Of a stretch of DNA of 64,000 bases, positions 16,801 to 25,174 are shown in pieces. Source of the stretch: Oceanispirochaeta sp. (lineage in GTDB: Bacteria; Spirochaetota; Spirochaetia; DSM-2461); contig CAXXXD010000004.1 in NCBI GenBank assembly GCA_963663385.2, positions 288,001-352,000 of the forward strand, written 5' to 3'. Made by a program: the position numbers and the translations under genes. Positions within the stretch are counted from its first letter, which is position 1; every line of letters begins with the position of its first letter. The notes under the pieces are model-generated. The model worked only from the letters and a program-made list of their open reading frames with translations, was not told the origin of the DNA and made no database searches.

Positions 16801-19461
16801 TTATTGTTTTTCATCATTCCGTACCCGCTTTGTACCCGGTTCCCTGGTTAAATGGTCAGGTGAAGGAATCACCGAGTCATCGAAAAGAACTAGGTCAGAA
16901 TCAGCCGCCAGTCCGTAACGCCTGGTCATACCCCGGCCCGATCCTTTGCTCCGGATGTATTCATACTCTGTCAAAAGCCTCATATTCTTCTTGATCAGCT
17001 CATGGGAGAATCCGGAGACCTCCCGGATCTCCCGCTGGGTCACCCAGATATCGGTCAGGAATAGCCCGTCCTTCTCCGCTTTGCTTTTAAGAAGATCCCG
17101 GAGCTCCTCATACAAAATGACAGCCGAACGGGGTAAAGTGGTCATGGTGGAAGAAAGCAGGGTCTTCATGATCCGGTAAGCCACCTTGTAGTCTTCCAGG
17201 TCGCACTCTATGTAATGCTTCCCCTGATCATTCTTCTCCTGTTTCTGGTACTGCCTCAGGAAGCACACGCAGGCAATGAGGTCTACAAACCGTTCATGGT
17301 CCCGCCGGCTCCGCATCATGGAAGAGGGAAAGTCCAGCTCCCCGGCGAAAGGATTAACAATTACCCGGTTTTTCAGGAGCCTTTGGGCGGCCTGGTGGGT
17401 CTTAATGATTTCCGGGAGATCTTCTTCCTTCTTCCGGTAGGCTTCCAGGGTGTACTTCTCCCTCTGCCTCCGGTGGATCTCCCTGGTCTGCTCCCGGCTC
17501 TCGTCTGTGTTTACCACAAAGCAGCGGGAGGCGTTCTCCGGGTTGATCTCCGTCGAAGTGGAGGACATCACGGCGGAAACAATGACTTTTTTCCGTACCA
17601 GCTTGCTGGTCATTCTTCCGGTCTTCTCATCCTTGGTGGTCACCAATCGGGACAGCTCTTTTCCGGATAACATCTCCCGCATCTGATGATCTACGCTCTC
17701 CGAGTGGACCGCCTCTCCCATGACCAGAAACTTGTGCAGCAGAGCTTCATCGGGAAGGTAGTTCAAGGCCTGGTCGGAAAGGCTGGTCATGGAAATCACA
17801 TCCTCTTCGGGCATCAGCTTTTTTACCGTATCGATCAGAAAGCTTTTACCAGCGGCGGACTGGGAGATGACGATTACGCTTACCGGATCGGCCATCAGAC
17901 GGGAGGAGGCGGCCAGGTACATAAGGATCTTGTTTTCCTCCTCTCCCACGTAGCCCAGAGCTTCCGTATCCCTGACAATCCTGTCGAAAAGATTGGGATC
18001 CTGTAAAAGGGAGAGGCCAGCTGCCTCTTCCTCAGGGGTCAAAGACCCCTTCTTTAAACCGGTATCCGAAAGGGCCCGTTCAGACTCTTCTTCCAAATAG
18101 TCCAGGATATCCAGTAAATCCTTTTCAATCCTGGCGGATTCCTCGCCGAACCGGCGAGCGACCGCGACAGAGAAAAGGGTCCGGCTCCGGGCGGAGAAGA
18201 GGTCTACATTGTCGATGAACTTGACAGTATCATCCGCCGGCCTCTGACAGCGGACATTCACCTTCAGGGAACTGACAAATCCTTCTTTAACTCCGATGAT
18301 CCGGTAATCCAGAGAAGAACAATGAAACAGGTACTTACCATCGGCCACCAGTGGCCTTTTATCACCCTCCGGCGGTTTCAGAATGCTGCTCTCGATCAGG
18401 GATAGAACTTGTTCCTTTGTGATTTTTGGTAATGACTCATTCCAGTCCTTGGAAGGCGGGAAGATGGTTCTGACGGCAATACCCTTTTCGAAAAGAGTTT
18501 TTCCGACCTTTTCTGCAGCCTCCCGGCCCGCTTCATCACCGTCGAAAGCAAGGACAACTTCCTTTGTACGGTTTTCTTTCAAAGCTTCTACAAGGTGACT
18601 GGTCACCCCGTTGGCGCCGTAAGAGCAGGAAACATTTTCGCATCCCAAAACCATCAGCGAAAAGGCATCAATCACCGATTCTGTCAGGATCATCCGGTCC
18701 GGGTAAACCTTGAATGCCTGGTGGTTAAACAGGCCCCGGTGGGGCCCTTTCAAATAAAGGTGTTTCACCCTGGACCTTTCATTTATCTTCCTGCCGTAAA
18801 ATCTCCGGACTTTCCCATCGGAAGAATAGAGTGGGAAAACAATGCAGTCCCGGAAGGTTTCAAGGTTCTTTTCCGTAAAGAGGCCCGCCTCTTTCAGCTC
18901 CTGAAACTGGACTTCGGACAGTTTGTCTTTCAAGTCTCCGGGGCAGTAGCCGACTTTCAGCCGTCCCAGAAGCTCCGGAGCATAGATCCCCCGTTTTTTC
19001 AGGTAGGAAACTGCTTCCGGATGGGAGAGCTGACGGTGATAGTAATCCGTTACATCTTCCAATGAGGTTGTTTTAAGCAGAGGTTCGCCCTCCAGTGGCA
19101 CCGGCGGAGCCGGTACCTCCTTCGGCCTGAATGCCTTTCCCTCATCTCCTTTCAAGATAGCCAGAGCCTCTTTAAACTCCACGCCCTGGTGCCTCATCAC
19201 AAAGTCAAACACATCCCCGCCGGCCCCGCAGCCGAAACAGTGAAACAGTCCCTTGGACTGGTCCACCGAAAGAGAAGGATTCTTGTCCTCATGGAAGGGG
19301 CACAGCCCCATGAAAGAAGAGCCTTTCTTCTCGAGAGAGATACCATAGGAGGTAATCACACTGACTATATCGGTTTGTGCCTTGATCCGGTCTTTTTCAA
19401 ACTCGTCCAGCAGGGAAGCCCCCTTCAAAGGGCTCCTGCCTTTCAGCTTTGAAGAAGTCAT
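16801..19461 (-). CDS. DnaG-like primase (CHC2 zinc finger + Toprim) fused to a C-terminal P-loop ATPase/helicase-like domain
   Basis: CPFHEDKNPS...CFGC, TESVIDA, FDGDEAG, SQSAAGKS. ATGA overlap with parA. Confidence 0.9.
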   Translation of the reverse strand: MTSSKLKGRSPLKGASLLDEFEKDRIKAQTDIVSVITSYGISLEKKGSSFMGLCPFHEDKNPSLSVDQSKGLFHCFGCGAGGDVFDFVMRHQGVEFKEALAILKGDEGKAFRPKEVPAPPVPLEGEPLLKTTSLEDVTDYYHRQLSHPEAVSYLKKRGIYAPELLGRLKVGYCPGDLKDKLSEVQFQELKEAGLFTEKNLETFRDCIVFPLYSSDGKVRRFYGRKINERSRVKHLYLKGPHRGLFNHQAFKVYPDRMILTESVIDAFSLMVLGCENVSCSYGANGVTSHLVEALKENRTKEVVLAFDGDEAGREAAEKVGKTLFEKGIAVRTIFPPSKDWNESLPKITKEQVLSLIESSILKPPEGDKRPLVADGKYLFHCSSLDYRIIGVKEGFVSSLKVNVRCQRPADDTVKFIDNVDLFSARSRTLFSVAVARRFGEESARIEKDLLDILDYLEEESERALSDTGLKKGSLTPEEEAAGLSLLQDPNLFDRIVRDTEALGYVGEEENKILMYLAASSRLMADPVSVIVISQSAAGKSFLIDTVKKLMPEEDVISMTSLSDQALNYLPDEALLHKFLVMGEAVHSESVDHQMREMLSGKELSRLVTTKDEKTGRMTSKLVRKKVIVSAVMSSTSTEINPENASRCFVVNTDESREQTREIHRRQREKYTLEAYRKKEEDLPEIIKTHQAAQRLLKNRVIVNPFAGELDFPSSMMRSRRDHERFVDLIACVCFLRQYQKQEKNDQGKHYIECDLEDYKVAYRIMKTLLSSTMTTLPRSAVILYEELRDLLKSKAEKDGLFLTDIWVTQREIREVSGFSHELIKKNMRLLTEYEYIRSKGSGRGMTRRYGLAADSDLVLFDDSVIPSPDHLTREPGTKRVRNDEKQ

Positions 19462-20264
19462 AGACCGCACCGGGATAAAAGTTCATTCCCCAGAGCCCTT
19501 ACTTCCTCCGCGGGCCTTTTCCATTGGTTACCGGACAGCTGGACCAGGCCCTTCCTCTCGGCAATGGCTTCCTCGATCCGGATCGACCGGCTGATCACGG
19601 TCTCAAAACAGGTTTCTCCGAAGAACCCGGTCAGTTCGGCTTTCAGCTCCCGGCCGATCAGGGTAACCGGGTTGTAGCTGTTAAGGACGACTCCCAGGGC
19701 GTAAAGAGTCGGGTTCAGGCTCCGCCTGATCTTCTCCATGGTTTCCAGAAGGTCCGAAGCTCCCTGCAGGGCGTACTGACTGGCTGTAATGGGCATCACA
19801 AGGTGATCGGCGGCTACAAGGGCATTGCCCGTGAGGATTCCCAGGGAAGGGGGAGTATCCATCAGGATAAAATCGTAGGATTCGAACTCCTCCCGTTCGA
19901 AAAGCTCCTTAAACCGTACATAGCCGTCGAACTCTCCCACAAGCTGTTTTTCCAGCAGGCTGAGATAGATCGATCCGGAAAGGATCTCAAGATTCTCACT
20001 GACACTTTGAACGTGAATTTCATCTTCTGTAATGGCCTCGTACAGTCCTTTTCCCGGCTGGTCGAAGAAACTTCTGGAAAGGTTGCCTTGGCTGTCACAG
20101 TCTACCAGAAGGGTTTTCAGCCCTTTATCATGGGCCAGGTAACAGCCCAGTTCTCTTGTCATGGTGGTCTTGCCGACCCCGCCTTTCTGGTTGGTAAATA
20201 CGATCTTTTGGCGACTAAGAATGGGGCCCTGATGCTTTGCATCACCCATTTTATCTAGATTCAC
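19458..20264 (-). CDS. parA: ParA family ATPase
   Basis: NQKGGVGKTT, VDCDSQGN, DTPPSLG. Confidence 0.92.
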   Translation of the reverse strand: MNLDKMGDAKHQGPILSRQKIVFTNQKGGVGKTTMTRELGCYLAHDKGLKTLLVDCDSQGNLSRSFFDQPGKGLYEAITEDEIHVQSVSENLEILSGSIYLSLLEKQLVGEFDGYVRFKELFEREEFESYDFILMDTPPSLGILTGNALVAADHLVMPITASQYALQGASDLLETMEKIRRSLNPTLYALGVVLNSYNPVTLIGRELKAELTGFFGETCFETVISRSIRIEEAIAERKGLVQLSGNQWKRPAEEVRALGNELLSRCGL

Positions 20265-20517
20265 ACTGGGCCTCCTCTTCCTTCTTCCAGAGGAGGTTCC
20301 GGATCACTTCCAGAGTCTCGGGGATCTTCTTCAAAGGAGTCCGGCAGGTACCCAGAAAAAGTTTACGGTCTCCGGTAATGTTCTCTCCTTCCAGAGTGAA
20401 AACCATCTCCTGGGCTCCCAGGGTTCCCATGCTCAGGTAAACATCGACCAGCCGGTGGTGCTGATCCAAAAGGTAGGCGACTTCGGCCAGGTTGGCTGTT
20501 ATGAGGCTGTCTTTCAC
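20251..20517 (-). CDS. Small hypothetical protein, paralogue of the upstream ORF
   Basis: GTG start overlaps the upstream stop (GTGA); motif TANLAEVAYLL. Confidence 0.65.
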   Translation of the reverse strand: MKDSLITANLAEVAYLLDQHHRLVDVYLSMGTLGAQEMVFTLEGENITGDRKLFLGTCRTPLKKIPETLEVIRNLLWKKEEEAQCESR

Positions 20518-20798
20518 TGGTGGCCCCCTTTCATGCTTTTCCGGTAGTCCCGCTTGGCATTGTTGGCGTAGTTGTTGATCTCTCCGTAACAACGGCGGAA
20601 GAGAACCAGATTGACAACCGCTTCACTTCTCAAAAAGTCGCTTTGAAGATGAGGAATGACTTCTCCTTCGAAGTAGAAGTCGCAGATGATATCTTTGGTG
20701 ACGTTCCCGGCCAGAAGGCGGCAGGTAACCAGGTGGGGCGTTACCCCTTTAGTCAGGTAGTAGGCGGCCTCGTACAGGTCGCTGGTGCGGATTTCCAT
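20514..20798 (-). CDS. Small hypothetical protein, first gene of the element's replication operon
   Basis: 94 aa, GGAG RBS, motif TSDLYEAAYYL. Confidence 0.7.
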   Translation of the reverse strand: MEIRTSDLYEAAYYLTKGVTPHLVTCRLLAGNVTKDIICDFYFEGEVIPHLQSDFLRSEAVVNLVLFRRCYGEINNYANNAKRDYRKSMKGGHQ

Positions 20799-21041
20799 TC
20801 TTTACTCCATCGGAAGGAGCAGAACGGCATTTGCGGGGATAAGAATTTATGGTAGAATTGTAAGTGCATGGAGTTCTACTCCTATGTTGTTTTTAAGCCT
20901 GTTTCCCGAAGGTCGCCAAACACTCGGAAACGGGCTTTTTTATTGCCAACGGCAATATTTCAAAAGTGTGTCAAGTAGCATTTGACTGTTTAATAATGAC
21001 ACATCATGTATCACTCGTCAAGTTATATGATAAGATAAATC

Positions 21042-21437
21042 ATGCCTCAAGTACCGAAGAAAGAATTACCCCCTTTAAAAATCAGTGACAAAAGCATTGG
21101 TGAAATCATTGCCAAAATAAGAAAACAGAGAGGACTTACACAGCTTGAATTGGCTGAAACAATTGGCATTACAAGAACCGCATTATCTGCCTATGAAAGC
21201 GGAAGAGTCCGACTTTATGATGAAATGATAGCAAGATTCGCCATTGCTCTGAATGTCTCGACTGACACTCTTTTCGGGCTGAAGGATGAAAATATTCTTG
21301 CACAGGATACAAATCTGAAACTTACAAAACGCCTGAAAGAACTGGAAGAACTCCCACCGGCAGACCAAAAAAAAATCCTTGAGCATATCAAGGATTTGAG
21401 AGCCATGAATGAATTAAAGGAAAATCAATCCAAATAG
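21042..21437 (+). CDS. XRE-family HTH transcriptional regulator
   Basis: IRKQRGLTQLELAETIGITRTALSAYESG; divergent from the replication operon. Confidence 0.92.
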   Translation: MPQVPKKELPPLKISDKSIGEIIAKIRKQRGLTQLELAETIGITRTALSAYESGRVRLYDEMIARFAIALNVSTDTLFGLKDENILAQDTNLKLTKRLKELEELPPADQKKILEHIKDLRAMNELKENQSK

Positions 21438-21489
21438 ATATTCTTTCGATATCCGGCTATTACAAAGAGAATGAGAAACCTAACCCTGC

Positions 21490-21783
21490 TTACTGCTTAC
21501 TGCATTCCATATTCATCTCTTTTCGAAGTAAATCATTCAGCAAAGTCTGATACCCTTTACCATGACTTTTTAGCCAAAGAAGAATGTCCGCATCGATTCG
21601 GGTGGTTATCTGCTCTTTCCTGGGCTTGTAAATATCGTGAAAAGGGACGGCCCTGGAAAAATCCTCATCAGACCACTCTTTTATGTCACTGGTATCTATT
21701 TCGGAGTCGGGTAATTCGGCAAGCTTGGCGAGTCTTGCCTTTGTGTCTTCATCCATAGGACTAAAACCATTTTCCTGCTTCAT
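21490..21783 (-). CDS. brnA: BrnA-like antitoxin
   Basis: IDTSDI, KEQITTRIDADILLWLK, GYQTLLN. Confidence 0.88.
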   Translation of the reverse strand: MKQENGFSPMDEDTKARLAKLAELPDSEIDTSDIKEWSDEDFSRAVPFHDIYKPRKEQITTRIDADILLWLKSHGKGYQTLLNDLLRKEMNMECSKQ

Positions 21784-22048
21784 ACTTCCTCCTCTCTGCC
21801 GTTGTTGCTTTTCGGGCAGATATTATTCTGAAAACGTCTTCATCCTGCTGATCTCTCATGGTGTAAACCACAAGCACCAGCAGAATGCCGCCGATATGCC
21901 CCATAATTTGCTGACGGGGCTCTGAATCCGTGTAATCCTCACGAACCAGGGCAAACGGGTCGGCAAAAACATACTTGGCGTCTTTGAATGACAATCCGTG
22001 TTTCTTCTGGTTGATTATGTCTTTTTCTTTATCCCATTCAAAGGTCAT
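21761..22048 (-). CDS. brnT: BrnT-like toxin
   Basis: FEWDKEK...NQKKHGLSF...RIISARKAT. Confidence 0.9.
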   Translation of the reverse strand: MTFEWDKEKDIINQKKHGLSFKDAKYVFADPFALVREDYTDSEPRQQIMGHIGGILLVLVVYTMRDQQDEDVFRIISARKATTAERRKYEAGKWF

Positions 22049-22236
22049 AATATAATTATACTATTGTAACTACATTTTTGCAATTATGATAAAAAGAGAA
22101 AACACTCCGCCAGCTCCTGTATAAAATTATTCTGGAATCTATAAACTTACCACTAAAAGCAGGTGAACAGAGAATTCGTTATATGGCGAAGCGGACAGCT
22201 GCCAGGGACGGCAGCTGCAGATAACGGATTTTCTGA

Positions 22237-22343
22237 TCAGAACCGGAGCCACGACGGCGGAGGTTCGGCCTGCGGTTACTGCCGGAAAAGCTTTTTCAAC
22301 GTGAAATGTCATTCCGGCGAAAAATAAAATTAGGGGTCATAAC
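22237..22343. repeat. 107-bp direct repeat copy 2
   Basis: Colinear with 13110-13216. Confidence 0.93.
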
Positions 22344-22394
22344 AACAGTGCTGCACCAGACAGGCAAGCCTGCAGGTGAGCATGGACGTTATGA
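22337..22394. repeat. attC-like 58-bp hairpin 2
   Basis: TCATAAC-N6-GCT(G)CACC...GGTGAGC-N6-GTTATGA, 2 bp past the immunity gene stop. Confidence 0.7.
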
Positions 22395-22396
22395 AT

Positions 22397-22858
22397 TTAC
22401 GGAATGTGAGAAAAAGCATCTTTAAAGGTTTTATTCTTATAATCCCAATTAAATGTCTTAGTATCTCCTACAGAATTTCCAGAGGCAAAATAAGGAGTTA
22501 AAACTATACCCGGAGAATATTCTTTATTATTTGGGTAAGACAATTTCATCTTAAATCCATAAAAGATTAACTCATGATTCTTAAATGATATCAAGATTTT
22601 CCCTGTTGCATCTTCAAGTATATCATCATGAAAATAAATTACATGATCCCGATTAATATCAGACTTCAGAACACCTATGAAGCTTTCACATATGTCTGAA
22701 TCAGAATAATAATCAGTGTAAATCTGAACAATGTCATCATCTATTATTAATTCGAAGTCAGCAGACTTTTTATTTAATAATATTATATCATCAGAAAATA
22801 TTACTGATGAAAATAAAAGGATTTGTACTGTTATTAGAAAAATATTCCTCAATCCCAT
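22397..22858 (-). CDS. Putative periplasmic immunity protein for Rhs-CT2
   Basis: Overlaps the toxin 3' end; N-terminal signal-peptide-like segment; AT-rich. Start could be 22873. Confidence 0.7.
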   Translation of the reverse strand: MGLRNIFLITVQILLFSSVIFSDDIILLNKKSADFELIIDDDIVQIYTDYYSDSDICESFIGVLKSDINRDHVIYFHDDILEDATGKILISFKNHELIFYGFKMKLSYPNNKEYSPGIVLTPYFASGNSVGDTKTFNWDYKNKTFKDAFSHIP

Positions 22859-23712
22859 AAAATATAACCCCAATTGTAGTTTTTATTTATCTTTTTCTTT
22901 GCATATTGATCTAAGAAGCCATTTTCAACCATATTAATTTTACCAGCATTTGATGATGGATGAACTTCTCCTGCTTCTGTAACTGTCGTAACATGATCGT
23001 AAACACCATCACCATCCCAATCATAAAAGTTTTGAGAACCCACTCCACCATTTCCCGGTTTCAGTAGGTTAGGATCATTGGCCATTTCATCAGCAGTTCG
23101 ATCACCAATACCAACACCACTTACTGTTTCAGCTGAAATCATAGATGTCGAAGAACAGTCTAATCCTTGTCCTTCAGGTGATGGAGTTTCTCCACCAGAA
23201 TGATAATTACCACCTACAAACGATTTCGCTGTTTCGGCCAAACCATTGTTAAGGATTTCATCAACCGTTTCAGATATTTCATCATATGCAGCTTCAGTTA
23301 TATTATCCATTATCTCATCTTCAACTGCTTGAATCTGTTCATTAAGCCGATCTATATTTCGGTCATTATCCATACCGGAATTAATCAGATCATCTTTTTT
23401 ATCTTTAAGATCATTTCTTCGATCTTCTCTGCCTTGTGCATCTCTTCTATCTTTTCTATCGCTTTTCTTTTTTTCATATTCCGTATTTCTCTGCTCTCGA
23501 TCTCTTTCATCATCAGCACTATCGCCATCAACACGGCGCATTCCTGTAGGATCGACAAATTTTAGAGGGTTGTTTGATACATAATTGAACCAGTTTTGGC
23601 CGTCTCTAGCCGGGTCTTCCGATATAAACCTTCCGGTCCCCGCATCATACCACCGTGCATTGTAGTAATAGAGTCCGGTATCTTCATCCAGATCCTTTCC
23701 GGTATATTTCAT
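22849..23712 (-). CDS. Orphan Rhs core + NlpC/P60-like C-terminal toxin (CT2)
   Basis: KYTGKDLDEDTGLYYYNARWYD...NNPLKFVDPTGM core; the tip has GLDCS...DHV...H. Confidence 0.85.
   Translation of the reverse strand: MKYTGKDLDEDTGLYYYNARWYDAGTGRFISEDPARDGQNWFNYVSNNPLKFVDPTGMRRVDGDSADDERDREQRNTEYEKKKSDRKDRRDAQGREDRRNDLKDKKDDLINSGMDNDRNIDRLNEQIQAVEDEIMDNITEAAYDEISETVDEILNNGLAETAKSFVGGNYHSGGETPSPEGQGLDCSSTSMISAETVSGVGIGDRTADEMANDPNLLKPGNGGVGSQNFYDWDGDGVYDHVTTVTEAGEVHPSSNAGKINMVENGFLDQYAKKKINKNYNWGYILWD
23589..23670. repeat. 82-bp Rhs-core direct repeat copy 2
   Basis: 72/82 identical to 14432-14513. Confidence 0.9.
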
Positions 23713-25049
23713 TACTTCTCTTGGGATTTACGCTCGGTTTCCTCTTTTCTCTGTTCAGCCATCTCACTGATCCTGCGGGCAAATTCGGGGAAGCGACCCA
23801 GAATCTGGTCGAAGGTTTCCTTGTCGATGGAGTAGCAGTCGCAGTACTCCCTGGCCTTGATGGTGGCGTTACGGGGGGCGCTGAAGAGAAGGGCAATCTC
23901 CCCGAAGAACGAGCCGGCGCCCAGGGTGGCATAGACAATTTTTTCGTCTTCCGAAACAACATCAACCGATCCCCGGCTGATAAAGTACATCTCGTAGCCT
24001 ATCTCACCCTTGATCACCACATAGTCTCCAGGCGTAAAGACAACCGGCTGCAGGTTCAGGATAATGTCTTTAATAAACTCTTCCGACGTCCCCTGAAAGA
24101 GGGGTACCTTCTGAATAATATCCCGGTTCAGAAAGAGGGAAACCGAAGTCTGAAGCGGTTTGGGCAGGTCCGTCAGGATGGATGATTCGTCATAGCCCCG
24201 GCGGCTCTCCCACAGGTAGTCGTAGTAGTCGTTTATCTTGTCCTTCAGGTCCGAGGGAATATGCTTGTACTTCATGAAGGTGGTGATTTTTTCCATCTTT
24301 TCCTGATACTGGGACTTGGCGATATCTATATTGGCAATGATATTGGCAATATTACCAATAATAAAACCGTACATACCGGCACCGATCAGCTCGACGATTA
24401 TAATAAATATTATCTGTGCATTGTTGGTCTGGTCCGGAGTGATATCACCGTATCCAATGGTCGTAAGCGTTGTAACCGTCCAGTAGAAGGATACAATATA
24501 GCGGTTCAGCCGGGTATTGTCTCCCAGGCCTCCGGTAATATAAATCCAGCCGCAGGAAATCAGATGAGCTGCGATGAGAATCCAGAAAATCAACAGAGCC
24601 ATCCGGATAAAACTCGGATTCATCTTTTTGTTGTTGCGGATCCGGCTGATCATCCTTCCTATACGGAAGAGCTTCACCAGCCTCAGCAGATTGGCGTAAA
24701 GCGCAATCTCCAGTATAAGGGGATGGTTGAACAGGGTCAGGACCATATACAGGGGGAGAGCCGCCACTATATCCAGGGGCAGGTCCCGTTTTCTGTATAG
24801 CTTGAAAATAATCTCTTTATTGTCGAAATACTCCCGCTGGTCGTAAAAGCCCGTATGGGATTCCAGATAGATATCGAGGATGAAGATCATGGAGATCAGG
24901 AAATCGAAAAGGAGAAGGCGTCCCCTCATGGGGATACGGAATACCGTAGTCAGGGGGACGATTATGGTAATAGTTATGGTCAATAACAGGATGAACGTAT
25001 CCCAGGCAATCTTTTTTCTGCTGTTTGGATTGATAATTTGAAATTCCAT
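23712..25049 (-). CDS. Cyclic nucleotide-gated K+ channel (SthK-like)
   Basis: TM segments, selectivity filter TTIGYGD, C-linker, cNMP domain FFGEIALL...PRNATI. Confidence 0.92.
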   Translation of the reverse strand: MEFQIINPNSRKKIAWDTFILLLTITITIIVPLTTVFRIPMRGRLLLFDFLISMIFILDIYLESHTGFYDQREYFDNKEIIFKLYRKRDLPLDIVAALPLYMVLTLFNHPLILEIALYANLLRLVKLFRIGRMISRIRNNKKMNPSFIRMALLIFWILIAAHLISCGWIYITGGLGDNTRLNRYIVSFYWTVTTLTTIGYGDITPDQTNNAQIIFIIIVELIGAGMYGFIIGNIANIIANIDIAKSQYQEKMEKITTFMKYKHIPSDLKDKINDYYDYLWESRRGYDESSILTDLPKPLQTSVSLFLNRDIIQKVPLFQGTSEEFIKDIILNLQPVVFTPGDYVVIKGEIGYEMYFISRGSVDVVSEDEKIVYATLGAGSFFGEIALLFSAPRNATIKAREYCDCYSIDKETFDQILGRFPEFARRISEMAEQRKEETERKSQEK

Positions 25050-25174
25050 ATTAATTTATTATCGGAGAAGAGCCTTTTTATCTCCATTCTTTTTCATCAG
25101 AGCTTTATGGGAAATTCATAGTATGCTGTAATACAGTAAGGTTTATATTCATTTAAGCGGCAGGGAGAGGAAAA

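Larger units (their letters stand above)
12350..23712. mobile_element. Accessory island: tandem tyrosine recombinase/primase element with two Rhs toxin-immunity cassettes and two TA pairs
   Basis: Gene content, internal direct repeats and visibly AT-rich cassettes, set between housekeeping genes. Exact ends are uncertain; the minimal unit bounded by Rhs-core repeats is 14432-23670. Confidence 0.85.

Noticed and set aside
16801..21437. Prophage or ICE
   Set aside because: No capsid, terminase, tail, relaxase or T4SS genes in the window.
13110..22394. CRISPR array
   Set aside because: Only two repeat copies 9 kb apart, and no spacers or cas genes.
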